A stretch of 64,000 nt of DNA. It comes from Marsupella aquatica (taxonomy: Eukaryota > Plantae > Marchantiophyta). The DNA lies in assembly GCA_973895155.1 (NCBI GenBank), contig OZ316891.1:10479875-10543874 (forward strand), read 5' to 3'. This document shows, in pieces, positions 12,635-26,301 of the stretch. Under the pieces are notes generated by a model. It did not search any database, was not told where the DNA came from, and saw only the letters and a program-made list of their open reading frames with translations. A program made the position numbers and the translations under genes. Position 1 is the first letter of the stretch, and each line of letters begins with the position of its first letter.

Positions 12635-14592
12635 GATGAAGATATTAGCTGCGGTCATTGTGGGAGTGGTTCTCTGGCTTATCGTCATCAAGACCTTCCC
12701 GGGATCCAAGTCTAGGCGCAATCTACCACCAGGTCCTCTTAATCTGCCTGTAGTGGGTGCCATGTTCTCAGTGGACCCAAACATTGGCGAGTGGTACAAA
12801 CGAATGGCCAAAAAGTTTGGGAAGATCTTCTATTATCGTCTGGGTTCCCATGGGATGCTCATTGTCTGTACAGCGGAGGGAGCCGAGGAAGTTTTGAAGA
12901 CGAAGGACGTAATATTCGCAAATAGACCCCCATTCCTGAAATCTGCTTCCAAGTACTTCGGGTTTGGCTCACAGGACATATTTTACTCGAGTTATAACGA
13001 GACGCACAAGAACTTGAAGAAGTTGCTCACCATCAATGTCTTCAATCCATCAGGGCAGCACCGTTTCGAGAACGTCAGGAGGCGTGAGGGTACGGGTTAT
13101 CTGGTCATTTCTTGCTTTTATGTGGATCGTGGGAGTCGATCTTCCAATTCTCACGTCTTTGCCGCGCGTGAAGTGCATGATCATCGGGTTTTTTTATTTA
13201 CAGCGAGACTGGATACCAGCAGCAGATGGCTGCTGGACGATGTAATTCATCCTGATAAAGAGTTTTCATGGTGTAACACTAGTTTCTAATTGATGGAGAT
13301 TTGAGGATCAGCTTCTCCTCGAGTTCCGATTTGTTATTTACGCCACATCTCTTATTTCAAATTGGTGACCAAAAACTGTGTTTCGCGGCGCGCTCATTGT
13401 CCACAAACTTGTTGCAGGTGCGTTTCTGGTGGAAAGTATTCAAAGGCAGATAAACTCAGAAGGCATCATAAACGTCGCCGAGTCTACTTTTGACCTGACC
13501 GTCAACTTGTTCTGCTCGCTCATGTTCGGAAGGCGGTACGCTGATTCGTTGACTGCCGAAACGGACCAGCTCAGGCACTGTCCCGAAATTATCCATGGCT
13601 TCACTGATCTCGTCCTGAAACTGAATTTAGGGGACATGTTGCCATGGCTTCAATGGGTGAATTATCAAGGATGGACCAAAGAGTGTCCGTTCCCCCAGTG
13701 AGGATATTCACCAATGCTGTCACTGCAGAGTGGGCGATGCTGGAACTCGTAAAAAATCCAGGTAATAGGAGATCTGCAAACTTGCGATCAGTTTCTTTTC
13801 GTTGTAACGTACATCTTGCGGTTCATCCCCTTTACTTCAAGAAAGCTTTCAGACTTGGTTGTCTCGATCAACGATGGTAGCCAATTCACCCAGTGCAATA
13901 AGTCACACAATACAACACAATTTGCTCGCAAGAAAATGATCAGAACAACTAGAACCCTTTCGAAGCTGTAAACTACTTAATCGCTTTTAACATGGTTTGC
14001 CATATTTTCGACAGATTGTCTCACCAAGCTGCAACAGGAGATGGACGAAGTAGTCGGCAAAGGGAAACCCGTGGAGGAATCTGATTTCCCCAAGTTGCCA
14101 TATTTCCGAGCTCTTATCCAGGAGACTTTTCGCTTTCACCCTCCTGCTCCTATCTTGGCGCCCCACTTCACTGCCGAAGCGACGACCGTGCAAGGGTTCT
14201 ACGTCCCTGCCAACACAACTGTCTTTGTGAATGCTGGATTCATCTCTCGGGACCCTCTCAATTGGGAGGACCCTGAGAAGTTCGACCCCGAGAGGTTCAT
14301 GAACTCCAAGGAGCAGATCAACCTCACAGAAGGCAATCTCTTCAGCTTGCTTCCTTTCGGAAGCGGGAGGCGGAAGTGCCCAGCGGCTGCGATGGGGCTG
14401 CTGACGGTGCAGAGGATTATTGCCACTCTCGTTCATGCGTTCGATTGGAGTCCGCAGCCTGGCAAGACAATCGATGACATTGATAGGACGGAAGTGCTTA
14501 CTATCGTGTCTCGTCCAGCGACTCCGCTTGAACGCTGCTGTTTACAGTCAATTACTAGCTTGAAGAATGGATTCCACAATTCTTGGAGGTGA
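12635..14592 (+). pseudogene. Cytochrome P450 (CYP71 clan) with internal deletion, probable pseudogene
   Basis: N-terminal TM helix and LPPGP, then FANRP. Exons about 12635-13089, 13418-13761, 14014-14592. ETFR, PERF and heme motif FGSGRRKCPA are present. The sequence jumps with a frame change from WLQWVNYQG to TNAVTAEWAMLELVKNP, so helices G/H and the AGxDT motif are missing. Start codon uncertain. Confidence 0.85.
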
Positions 14593-17500
14593 AGAAACTC
14601 GTTGGAGCAGTTTTCGTAGTAAATTAGCAAGATAACCAAATGAACAGTGGGAAGGACCTTAAGAATAGGACGGCGAGGAAATGCTCCGCACCAGAATAAG
14701 AGAATGCTAATCTGACCGTAAGCAGGATTAACCCTAAATCTAACGGTAAACACAAATATACAGGGCCTGCTTAGATAACACCTATACAGAGAGCAAGCGG
14801 ACACAGTGGCAGTAAGAAGAGTATAGAACAAGGATGAACGGCGAAGCTCAACAGGAGGTTCCACAATCGAGTAGAGGAGAGTATCCCCAAGTTGAGTGTC
14901 CAAGAATTGAAGTCAATCACACCTTTGTGGTATAAGGTTGGGTGTAAAGTTTATATCAGTAAGAAAAGTTAGAACCAACTATAGACATGATTTGCTTTGG
15001 CCGTTTTACTTGTGACCCGACTTCAGACAGGCAGATGACCACGTAACTACTATAGTAAGATCACAATGGGCTTAGGATGACTGTAGAAGAAGTTGGGGGC
15101 ACTTCCAGCTGGGGCTTCTTCACAGGCCAGTGTGCTGTTGGGTCCTACTGAGTGTGTTGCTTCTTCTACAGTAGTTGAACTTCTTGTTTAGCTGCCTTAA
15201 TTTTGAGGCCTTCCTTCTGCCACGGTACCGGTTTCCCTGGCTTTTAGCACTTGTCCACCCTGTTGCACTCTGTCTCTTTGAATGGAATTCAATTGGATAT
15301 TTCATGGCTAAAGAAGTTGGGGGCACTTGTGAGTTTTTTCACCCAAAGCAAATTGGAGTGCCATTTCACACACGAAAGAGTGTTTGGGGCTAAAAACGTT
15401 TTTCAAATACTCTCATGGCCCCTAAGGTCTTGTAAAGCAAGTGCAACCAGAGATGTTAGATTAGTTTGCAAACAGACATATTGGGGACCCACGTAGCTAA
15501 CAGACATATTGGGGACCCACTCCACCTGAATGTCACGGTATTCCTTGACTAGAGTCTTTCTAAGTGTGACAAGGGAATATCTTATGAAGGACTTGTGGGT
15601 CCCCTTTTAATGCAAATGATTTTAAATAGGAATAGACAAAGGGGCCAGACGAAGAGAACTCCAAGAGAGGTGGTCTACAATATATCTGGGTCAAAAATGA
15701 GCTCCACATAAGCAAAAATTGGACCCCACCCCATTCTATGTAGGATTGGTAATAGGTTACGTTGAAAGTGCCTGCAACATTTTGTAAAGTGAATGACAGA
15801 AGTTTCTCCCCAATGGATGGCCCTGATCAGATCTTGGAGATGCCCAACCTGTTGTTTGGGTATGGAAGTGACACAAAAGTGTCATATCATGTGCAACGAA
15901 ATAAAGGCCCATTTAAATAAGTGTAGCAAAAAACTTCCAAAGTTTTGTAGAAGAACAAATACCACATATTTTATCAATTGGTCGGCTTTAAAGATCAAAT
16001 TAGGCCTATTTAATTGTAAAAAACATTTTCTTTAAATTTTTAGGGGTTTTTAAATAAAATTTGCAAAATTTAAAGAAAAACTGGTGTTGGAAAAAAACAT
16101 TTTTCACTTATAAATCAGGGGGATCAAACCCTAAAAACTCGCATGCAATGTATGACCCTCCATATAGTGACCCCCTGAGCTTGGGACTCGGAGTGAATTG
16201 TATTCCTATTGTTACTAATATTCCAAAAATCTGCAAAGTAGAGGTTTGGTTGCAGTTCCAGATGGGGTCCTTGCTGGCTGGAAACAGTGAGATACTTCAA
16301 GACCTATAAGCTCTTGTCTGAAATATTTTTATGTAATAGTGTTTTCTGTAAAAGCAGCCCATGAAAAGATGGGCCACTTACCCTGTAATTCTAGAAGACT
16401 AGTTACCGTGAAAATAGAGCATGAAAAGACTTTTTTTGTCAAAACTCAAGGTGAAGTCCTGTAGCTGATGATTTCTAGGGCAAGTCTCTCCCCTCACACT
16501 TTCCAACGTGAGCATTTCTGACATCCCCTCACACTTTCCATAGTGTGAGCATTTTTGTCATTGTACGCATGGTCCAGGGTGATGCTCTGTTTCACTCTTG
16601 TTTTGCTTTAGGTTGGTTCACTAGTGTGGCTCTTCCAAATATTCTTCTTGTTGCTCTGCAGATCTAATTGATGCTGCAAGCTCCCACTTCCCATGTACAC
16701 TATTGCCATGGTTGACCTCCCACTTCCCCATGTACACTATTGCCATGGTTGACCTGCCTAAACTTCCACGGTCCCACATACTTGAGTCTCTTTGGTCCCA
16801 TGTACTTGAGTTCCTTTTTTATGTAGCCTTGTTTTGTCAAATCTCTCTAGGCTTTGGTGCTTTGTAGGTTTGTCTTTGCTATTCTATGGTCCCACTTACG
16901 TTAGGTAAAAAAAATAGTTTTTTAGTCTTTGTTTGTATTTGCTGTTTGATCTTTCTTTGCTATAGGTGAAATGGAGAACAATTGGCCCAACAGTTCACCC
17001 ATCCCTAGTAGTATTGATGATTCTCAAACATCTGATAGTTATCTTGAATTGAGTGATGACTAAGATCTATTAGACTACATGGAGGATGATTGGATGACTA
17101 TGCTCCATGCTGCTTCAGTAGCTGTAAATAGTAGACATTTTTTCAATTCATATGAGTTACAAGCAAGCAACTCACTGAATGTATACAAATCCTGCAGCAA
17201 GGGTAAAAGATGTATTAAGGAGCATGAAGAATTTGCCAGGACTATTCAAAGAGCTCACCAATTTCATTATAGATGAGTGGGGAGACCTCTTTTGTCGTGT
17301 ACTTCCAATAATTGCATCACATGCTAGGGCCACCAGAGAAGCTCACAACAGTAGAGGTCATCCTTCAACATTGTCTTAGAAGAACGATTACTCAATTTTG
17401 TACTCTACATGAAACATGATAACACTATTGTTCATGATAGTCATCAATGAAACTGGTCGCGATCTTCTCTGTGTGATGATGCATATTTTGTTGCATCATG

Positions 17501-17651
17501 TTTGAACGTGGCTCTCTCGGACGAGATTCGATGGCCTTCAGCTCAGGAGCGAATGGAGCTCTCTACCCACAACCCCGATTGGCCAGGTTGCATTGGCATT
17601 ATTGATGGCACTTTGGTGAAGAGTCAAAGACCATTTAACAATGAGAATCAC

Positions 17652-19629
17652 TGTAGTATTGCACTAAGGACACCAATCAACATTTAATGCTTAAAACTTG
17701 GTATTCGATCCCGTGGAAGAACAAGTAAGGAATGATTTTCTAACATTTAACACTTATGAATGACTAAGGTAACAAAAACACAGGTTTGAGCCTTTTACTA
17801 TGATTGCTCAACAAGACCTAGATTTGATTTATTGTAAATAAAATAACAAAATGGAAACAATTAACAAAACACAATGAAATCTTGAGGTATGATGAGAGAG
17901 TCTAGAAAACACCAAGATAACTTCTCATCATTCAATACTTCATTTGATGTGATTTAGGTGGTATATCTGCAAGAACATTTCTGAAAAGAATTATTATACT
18001 AGGATGATTACTAAAATGTCTTCAACACGTCTCAACTTTTCCTTCCAAGGTACTTAGTGGAGACTAGTAATCAATCACTTTTGTATCCATTAAATACTTT
18101 GTGTCATGAATAAGGAACACCATCATGCTCAAATAGAAGTCATAAATAATTGGTGAGTTGATAGGTTGTCACCACTTAAGGAATCTACTCCCTCATACTT
18201 CTGAGATTCAACTTCATACAAGTAATTTTACTTCAATGATCTAAACTCTCAATCATTCAGACCAAGGAAGGGAAAAGAATAATTCATTTTATATTTTACT
18301 TTGCAAAGGTGATTCCAGTGCTGCAACACATGCCACAAACACTCACTTTATTTCTTCACACTTGAAAATGACACAAATTCTACTTCATATAGGCCAGCAG
18401 GAACCCAAGGAGATTGAGATACTGAAAAGATATGCCCTTTCATATCTGAAGGGTCCTGAATAAAACTTAAAGACGGTCAACCCTTGAAAAATGGAAAAAT
18501 AGAAAAATGCTAAAAGCAAACGTCACTTGAAGTGTCAGAAATGTAGTGGACGCTTCACAAAACGTCAATGTTTGAGGCGGACACTTTGCAAAGCATCGGT
18601 ATTTACAATAAAATTAACAAATAGTGATCTTAACAAAATTTTAACTTCTAAACTAAAGGTCGGAGTGAGGTGAAACTTTCCAGGGTACTCTACTACATGT
18701 AATCTCTATGCTAGCAAAGTTTCAGAATTTTCTGAGACCTCTAAGTGCCTCAAATAATCGGTAAAAGTGTCAAAGCGTTAAACCAAATTTTTTACTAAGT
18801 GTCGGGATTTGGTGGACGCTTCACAAAGCGTCCAAAACTACAAAGGACTTTTGTGGACACTTCACAAAGCGTTGGCTGAAATTTGAGGTTTTGGTCGCAG
18901 CGTTCGGGTGGGCGCCTTGCAAAGCGTCGAGGCCTGTAGCGGACGCTTCAGTCAGCGTCAGTGTTGATGTCGCCTTTGGGGTAGTGGACGCTTCTGTTAG
19001 GCGTCGATACTTGTCGGACGCTTCCGAAAGCGTCGGCTCTCCTTTGTCGTCGAACACGGACAGATGCTTCTTGAGGCGTCACTTCTCATGTTGACGCTTC
19101 ACAAAGCGTTGTGGTCTTGGGTGGACGCTTCACAAAGCGTGCAAAAATACAAGGACGCTTCTGAAAGCGTCGGTAAAGTCGCGGCTAGACTAAAAACAAC
19201 AAAACAAAATTATTTTTAACTTTCAAACCACGTGTTGGTTTGAGCTGAAACTTTCAACAATGATTCTACTATGTAACTACTACCTCCTCAAAAAGTTTAA
19301 GATTTTTCTGAACGTGATAAATGTTTAACTAAAATAGCTGAGATCGACTGATCTTGATAAGTGCTTTGGAGTCTGGTTCTTGAATCTTCTAGTGTGCATT
19401 GCTTCTCCAATGATGTCCAGTCTTCCTTCTTGGTAGCATGCAAAGAACAAGGATTTATATTGTCAATCCTTGTCCAATATAGACAATAGCCTCCAATAAA
19501 GCATAGCATTAGGTAAAGTATTCAGTTGATCTAAATTGCTACAAAAGGTAACTATACTACACCTTTGAGTTAGAAAAAGTTCAAAATTTATAAAATTTCC
19601 ATCATTTCTAACTAATGTACCGCATTACA
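17652..19629. mobile_element. Solo LTR A (about 1.98 kb) inserted in the Harbinger transposase
   Basis: TGTAGT...ATTACA termini; perfect 5-bp TSD ATCAC (17647-17651 and 19630-19634); no recognisable coding content. Confidence 0.85.
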
Positions 19630-20869
19630 ATCACAATGATTGGTTTTAAGGGAGGAAGAATATGTACTGTCTGAATAATACAATTATTGTTGATCATCAT
19701 GGTTTGTTCACTTATCTGGACTTTGGCTACCCAGGTTCACATGTCACAACATTCTAGGTAGTGTTAGAGTGTATTGTACTAACTAGATCCATATGTTTGG
19801 TATGTGTGTTATATGAGCCAATAAGGTTCTGTTAGGTTTGTATGAGAGGGTAGTTCTCTCTTGTGAGGCATTGAAAGGTTATATTTTGGTGTTGAGCCTT
19901 GGAGAGAGGAGCTCGTGTTGTGGCTATGGTGGTCGGAGCTCCTTCTATGTAACGTGGATTCCTGTTAGGTATTTACTCAAGGTCTAGGGTTACGACATGT
20001 AACCGTAGTTAGGCTAATCGTAGTCAGAGATGTGGTTAGATTAACTAGGATTCACACTATATGCCAAATGGTGTTTGCTTGAATTTGTGGAACTTAGGCT
20101 CATTGTTACAGAGCCACTTGAGAGATGAGGAGAGCTTACACTCACTACAACACTATGCACCTCTTTTGCGAACCGCCACCCTTTGCATCATACAAAGGAA
20201 ACAAAATCCGAAATACCCACGTTGTGAACTTACTCGCATCGCAACGTCTTCGCTACTTCCCATCTTAAATCCTATGCAAACAGCCCTTCGCAAACGCAAA
20301 TGGCCCTTTGCAACTACTTTGCAACTTGTGATTCTAAATACCTCGCAACATCTCCGCAACGTTGTGACGACATTGTCTTGGAAAATATTGAGAAACAACA
20401 AATTTTATTATTTTGCAAGAACAAATGGATCGCTCATGTTGCGATAACACTCATATCGCAATTTCCGATGTTAAAGTTTTCTATAACTTGCGATGCAAAC
20501 TACCTCGCAAGATTGCAAAAATTTGATGACAGCTTTGTTGCGAAGGCATTTAACTCGCAAACGTGCAGAGAGGTAGTCTTCGCTAGGGTTGTGAGTGGGA
20601 CAACATTGCAAGCGTTGCGATGCTTTTGTTCTCGGAATTGTTGCGATACGTTCGCCGTGGCTCTTTGAGATGGGGGTTGGGTCTCAAAAGCTTCGCAAAA
20701 TGTATTTTTTATGGGTTTTTGTGTATTTGGGTTAGGGTGAGGGTGAGGGAGACCATTCATGGGTTTTGAAGGAGGGAGGAAAGTGATGTTGACCCAGTCT
20801 ACCGCAATTAAAATGGCATTACTAAAAAAGTACAAATTAAACTTACAAAATGGAAGGGTAAAAACCCTT

Positions 20870-23187
20870 AGGTAACGCGCCACAGCCATGCATGCTGATC
20901 GCTATGCATGTGAACTTGATGTAATAGGGTACATGTAAGTGCTTTAGCTACAACCTGTCTACATAGAGCTAGAAAGGAGTGTTCCAACCCCTCCTTGCCT
21001 TCTTCCCCTTGGCCTTCTCCTTGCCCTTGCGTGCTCTTGGGGGGGTGCAACCTGGACTTCCTCCTCCTCTTGGTCACCCTCCTCCTCATCCTCATCCTCA
21101 ATCTCATCCCCACCTCCACCGCCTTGGCTTGCCGCGCTACCACCCCCAGCACCACTGGAACGTGTTGATGCAAATGACTGGTCTCCAATGCTAGTTGGCC
21201 TGGGTTGAGTAGCAGGAGCTGTGCTCCCCTCCCCTGTCCCCTCCACATCCTCATCACTACTATCGGTGCCACCCTTGGTATGGGAGTCACCATCCTCCCC
21301 TCCCTGCTTCCATTAGCAAACCAGGGTGTCTGTTAGTCTCATATTCTTTACAAGTATGAACAAAAGAGATATTCATCCAAAATTGCAATGAATGTAATAA
21401 CCTAAAAATGCTCACCAATAATTCATCAACTTGCTGAAAGAGATGCTCCTTCCCATGTTTTTGGCCCACCTCCATCTCAGTCACCGTAATCTTCCTCTTA
21501 TACCTCTTGTACTAAGCCAAAACAAAACCAGCACAATTGGGTTAACACCAACCCATAACCCGATTCACATGGCTCCTAAAAATTAGGGGGTTTGTTGGGG
21601 CTGGTGGGGTGGGGCATCAAGGTTTTGGGTTTATGGAGGGTGGCATATATGGGGAAGACCCTCAAAGAACACTTAAACGACCGGAAAATTTTAAAATTCA
21701 AATTTTTGAAATTTTGTGAAGGCGTCAGCTTCGCAATCATAAGGACAATTACGTTTGCAAAGCTAGTTGCGATGCGAACGTCTTTGCAATGCCTTTGCAA
21801 ATGTAAGCAAAAAAAGGGCATAATAAGGTTTGCAAAGGATTTGCGAAGCTACCCGCATCGCAAATGCATTGCAAACTCTATCATGGCAAAAACCCGAAGC
21901 AATTGTACGTGACCTAATCTGACACAACAAGTCTAATTGTAACTACTTGGTGGAAATGCAAGAAAGAGTTGGCTCATTGCAGGTGTGTTGGAATAGGAAT
22001 TGGAGTAGCAAGAAGTCAAGGGAGGAGAGGGAGGTGCACTCACGAATGCTGCTTTGAGGCCGGGGAGGCCACCTTGACCCAGCCTGTGGGTGATGTTGGG
22101 CTTGTCTTGGACTCGCTCAGCTACCTTCAGGAACTTGTTGGGTGAATCGCCTACTTCTGCTACAACCTACTGGAGCTGGGCTACCTTCTGCTCCATAACC
22201 TTCAGGTCCTGGTCAGACTTCCCGGCCTCCTTTGCCCTTCGAGCCTTTGCCAGCTTCTCTGTGAAATCATTGAGGAGCCTGGCTGCTTTCAACTTCACCT
22301 CTGTCTGGTAGAAGGCCTGCCAGATATCTTCTGAGAGTTGCAACGGCCTTTGCAAATTCCTATACTCCTCCAAATCTCTAAGGTGAGACCTGATCGTCAT
22401 TCTATCATGGTATCTAGCTTGTGACATGGAGTTTGAAATTTTGTCAGCAAGCCACTGTGAATCCATCTCTCCTCCATTTCGAAATGCATCTTTCACCTGA
22501 TTGATGACTTGCTTTTGCTCTACCTTTGAGTGAGTGCCCCACTCCCTGGGCCCTCAGTCTTAACTAATACGTGGAGGACGTGCAAACGCTTGAAGGATAA
22601 TTTTTATTCATTTTGAACTAATAATTATAATTATTACCGGTAATAAGGGAACTTTTAATAGTAAAATGGAAATAACAAGGGATAAACAGGAAAAGTGCCC
22701 GATCGCAAGGGGGTCCACTTCTTTTACATAGAGTGAGGACCCAAGGGCCCCACTCGACTCCTCTTGAAAAATTTGTGGATACAATGTGCCTGATTGTGCT
22801 CTTGGCTCCATCGTAAGCAAGCTCAGTGGGAATCCCCTCATCCTCTAAAGTAATCTGAGGCAGCTTCCTCCTTGCTGCCTCCGTCTTTCTTTGCTCCTCC
22901 CTCTGTTTCCTGATCAGGTCTCTCTCATCTATCCTCCTCTTCTTTTCCAATGCTTGAGGCGAGAACACTCCAGCCTGAGCTCTCTCATCCCTCTTTCGCT
23001 TCCACTCAACAGCCGCTTGCTCTGCTGCCTTCCTTGCATCCTCCTCTACTGCAGCTTGCCCTGTAGTGAGACCTACTTGCAAGGCTTGGCCAGGAAGGGC
23101 ACTCAATGATGCCAGCCCTGCTGGACTACTGAAATTAATTTGACTCAATTGTGCAACCAAAAAATGTTCATCCACAATTGCCTTCAA
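20870..23187 (-). pseudogene. CACTA-1 second gene, TnpA/Transposase_24-like, multi-exon and degraded
   Basis: Minus-strand segments 23187-22730 (charged, coiled-coil), 22550-22045 (W.THSKVEQKQVINQVKDAF...QRPLQLSEDIWQAF) and an acidic tail 21330-20960. Family assignment is by position and weak motif resemblance. Confidence 0.5.
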
Positions 23188-23984
23188 TCAATCCCCCCCC
23201 CCTCGGTTGCCTCCACTACTGCCAGAAGCTCCTCCATCACCACCAGTCCCCTCTCCACTCGCCATCGCTCCGCCCTTGCCCTCGTCGCTCTCCTCAGGCC
23301 TGAATGAACTGAATCCGCCTTGTACGCGCTCGAAAATCCATAAGGATTCAAAATATTAGGCTTTGCGATTCGCTTTGCATCGCAGTTTGCGATGCATCTG
23401 CCTTCGCAAAAAGCTTTGCAAATGCTATCTTTGCGAAGCTTCAGGATTCGCAAACGCCTTCGCTATTTGGTTTTGCCATAACCCCCGTCTCGCATGCGTA
23501 TTTGATGTGTTGTTAGGGATACTAAGGGGGCTTATGAACATTAAATGGGGTAGAAGTAGAGGATTATGTTGCATTTTAGTGGGATGTGATCAGATAAGGA
23601 TTGGGGGGTTAGAAAATTGAAGGAGTTATATTGGAGGGTAAGAGGAGGGGGTTTGGCCTGGTTAGGGGAGGGTTTCTTTTGTGAAGGTTGGGCTTAGATT
23701 GGCTTAGATACGAGGGATTTTATGTTTTGGGTTTGCAAGGGGGTTTTATTTATGAAGGTTGGGGTTATATGTATTGGAGGGTAAGAGCTAGGAGGGGTTT
23801 TATGTTTTGGGTTTTGGGTTTTAGGCCAACTTAGGAGGGTTGGAAAGAGAGGTTTCAGTTTTATAGTATCTTGGGTTACTTTTATGGTATCGTAGGAGGG
23901 TAACCAAGAGGGGTGGCATATAATTATGGTAGAGAGAAGCATAGAATGGTTGAAGGGAATTGACCATTTAGGTTTTTGCTAACT

Positions 23985-24915
23985 TCATTGGCTTACACTT
24001 TTAGAGTTCCCAAGGGTCTAGGGTGGGTTTTTATTGCATGACACTCACCTTTCACTTGAAGCGGGATGAGGTTTGGTTTTTATGCTAACAATTGAGGGAA
24101 AGCCCATGTAATCATGATCCAGCGCAGGACCATCACTGCTTCCTCAACTTTTGTCTAATGCATATGCATTGTGGGATCTAAAAGGTATATTTAAACATGT
24201 ATGTTAGCAGGGTTTGATAAAGAGATTGTTCATAAACCTTGCCCTTTGTTGTTGTGCAAGAATATCTATATGTACATGTTTGGGGGTCTACAACTTGAGA
24301 GAAGCTAATGGCTATCCAAACTTACTTTTTGTTTCCAGTATTTTCCTCGTGCTTCTAGATTCAGCTCATGTTCATTGAGCCACACGACCTACAGGCACTA
24401 TTGAGTCCGGATCTCATTCAGGTAATTGTCCAACTTCATTCTGGGCTTAGGCCTTTAGAGTTTTCCCAGGGGTCTAGGGTGGGTTTTTATTGCATGACAC
24501 TCACCTTTCACTTGAGGGGGGATAAGGTTTTAGGGTTTAGGGTTTTATGCTAACAATTGAGGAAAAAACCCATGTAATCATGATACAACGCAGGGCCAGC
24601 ACTACTACCTCAACTTTTGTCTAATGCATATGCATTGTGGGAACCCGGGCATCTAAAAGGTATAACATCATGTGTACAGTCAATGTTGTTAGTACAGATT
24701 TTTATGCTTGCCCTTCTTTGTTGTGCCATGATATATATGGGTAAATGTCTAAGATTCCACAACTTGACGGCTGCTAATTACCATCCAAACTTACATTTTA
24801 TTTCCAGTATTTTCCTCCTACTTCTAGATTTGGCAAATGTTCCAAAAGCCATGTGACCTACTAGGTGACCTATAGGCACTGTTGAGCCCGGGTCTCATTC
24901 AGGTAATAATCTAAC
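23985..24915. repeat. Diverged direct tandem duplication (unit about 450-480 bp) in CACTA-1
   Basis: GGGTCTAGGGTGGGTTTTTATTGCATGACACTCACCTTTCACTTGA at about 24014 and 24470; CTCATTCAGGTAAT at about 24413 and 24894. Confidence 0.8.
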
Positions 24916-25145
24916 CTCACTTAGGACATAGGGTATTACAGTTTTCCCAAAGGTTATAATGTGGTTTTTTCTTGCATGGCATTCACCTTAATTTGGGTTT
25001 CATGCTAACAAATATAAAAGGGTAATAAAACCCCATCTATAAACCAACCTAATTGTTTTTTGAGTTAATTTTTTTGAAAATTGCTTTATATATGGCCTAA
25101 TTTTTCCTAATCATGCCCTACATGCAATGTAATGTGGCAGTGGAT

Positions 25146-26301
25146 ATGTCCTCTTCCTCTGAACTATCCAGTAGTGAGTACTCCTCTGATGATGATATAC
25201 CCCCTCCTCCTCAGCCGAGGTTACCGGTCCTCGTGGTCCACCCCGAAGACTTTGTGACTGCACCAGATGTGTGGGCCAAATTTCTCAAAAATCTTATGTG
25301 TGTGCTCAACATATCGAGAGATATGGACGTCTTACTCCCGGGGCTTCTTCATCCCACATAGTAAGTTTGTTTCAATTGATTGCCATTCTTTACTCTTATT
25401 TTTAGAGGTGAATCAATGTTTACACATATGGTTTACACAAATGGTTGTTTGTGGGTGTTTGCATGGAATAGGGATCCAGTATGCGTAGATTGGTGACACC
25501 ACCACCCTATGTCTCATCACAAGGAGTTTTAGATGCTATAGGCAATGCACTTTTACAAGCCTTGGGTTTGGGAATCAGTACCAGTCATGGGACAGAAGGG
25601 GAACACCCTCATGTGCCCACTGAGACACGAAGACCCCGGTCTAGGCCCCAGTCCAATAGGAGGCCACAAGCACCCAATGACCCATCCAGAACACTAGTTC
25701 AGGGTAGGTGGGGTGTTTGTTCATTCACTGGCAAGTGTGCCTCTATCATCAAGGATTGGGAACCTATCACTCTTGGCTTGCCTTATTTTACAGATTTGAT
25801 GAGGAGATTGTGGTTTGGGGTAGACGTTGGATTGTGAAAACTTCCACACTTGGAGAGAGACATGGATATGGAGTATTTGCTTGTGAGGATATCATCATGG
25901 ATGAGGAGGGTGGGTCAAGTGTTTGTGGTAGAGAGGGTCCTACTTTGTTCCCATACGGTGGACCCATCTACAAGAGAAGATATTGGAACATAATCCTTGC
26001 ACAACATCCTAAGTGGAAAACATATGCTCTAGAGATGGATACTTTTGATGGTAGCACTAGAAGGTATAGTGAGCAGCGGGTGATAGACGGTGATCCCATA
26101 CGTAATGGGAATATTGTTGGTTTCATAAATAGTATTGTGGGGACTCGGCCCAAGCATAGGGCCAATTGTGAGTGGGTTTTTACTGATGGTCCAATGCCGG
26201 CACCATATGGCACGACATATCATAAGGACCATTGCTTAGTTCTTGCTACTAGGACCATTAGAGCAGGAGATGAGTTATTCACACACTATGAGTGGGATTA
26301 G
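25146..26301 (+). CDS. CACTA-1 cargo gene with a C-terminal SET domain (putative lysine methyltransferase); probable frameshift near 25795
   Basis: ORF 25708-26301 has SET motifs in order: VKTS..GYGVFA, PYGG, YAL, IDG, GNIVGFINS, ANCE, VLATRTIRAGDELFTHY. Upstream exon-like pieces at 25146-25341 and about 25470-25795. Confidence 0.8.

Noticed and set aside
15090-16900. Harbinger left TIR and matching right end near 59.6-60.5 kb, and a Myb/SANT partner gene
   Set aside because: No convincing inverted pair with a TWA TSD and no recognisable Myb/SANT peptide could be read.
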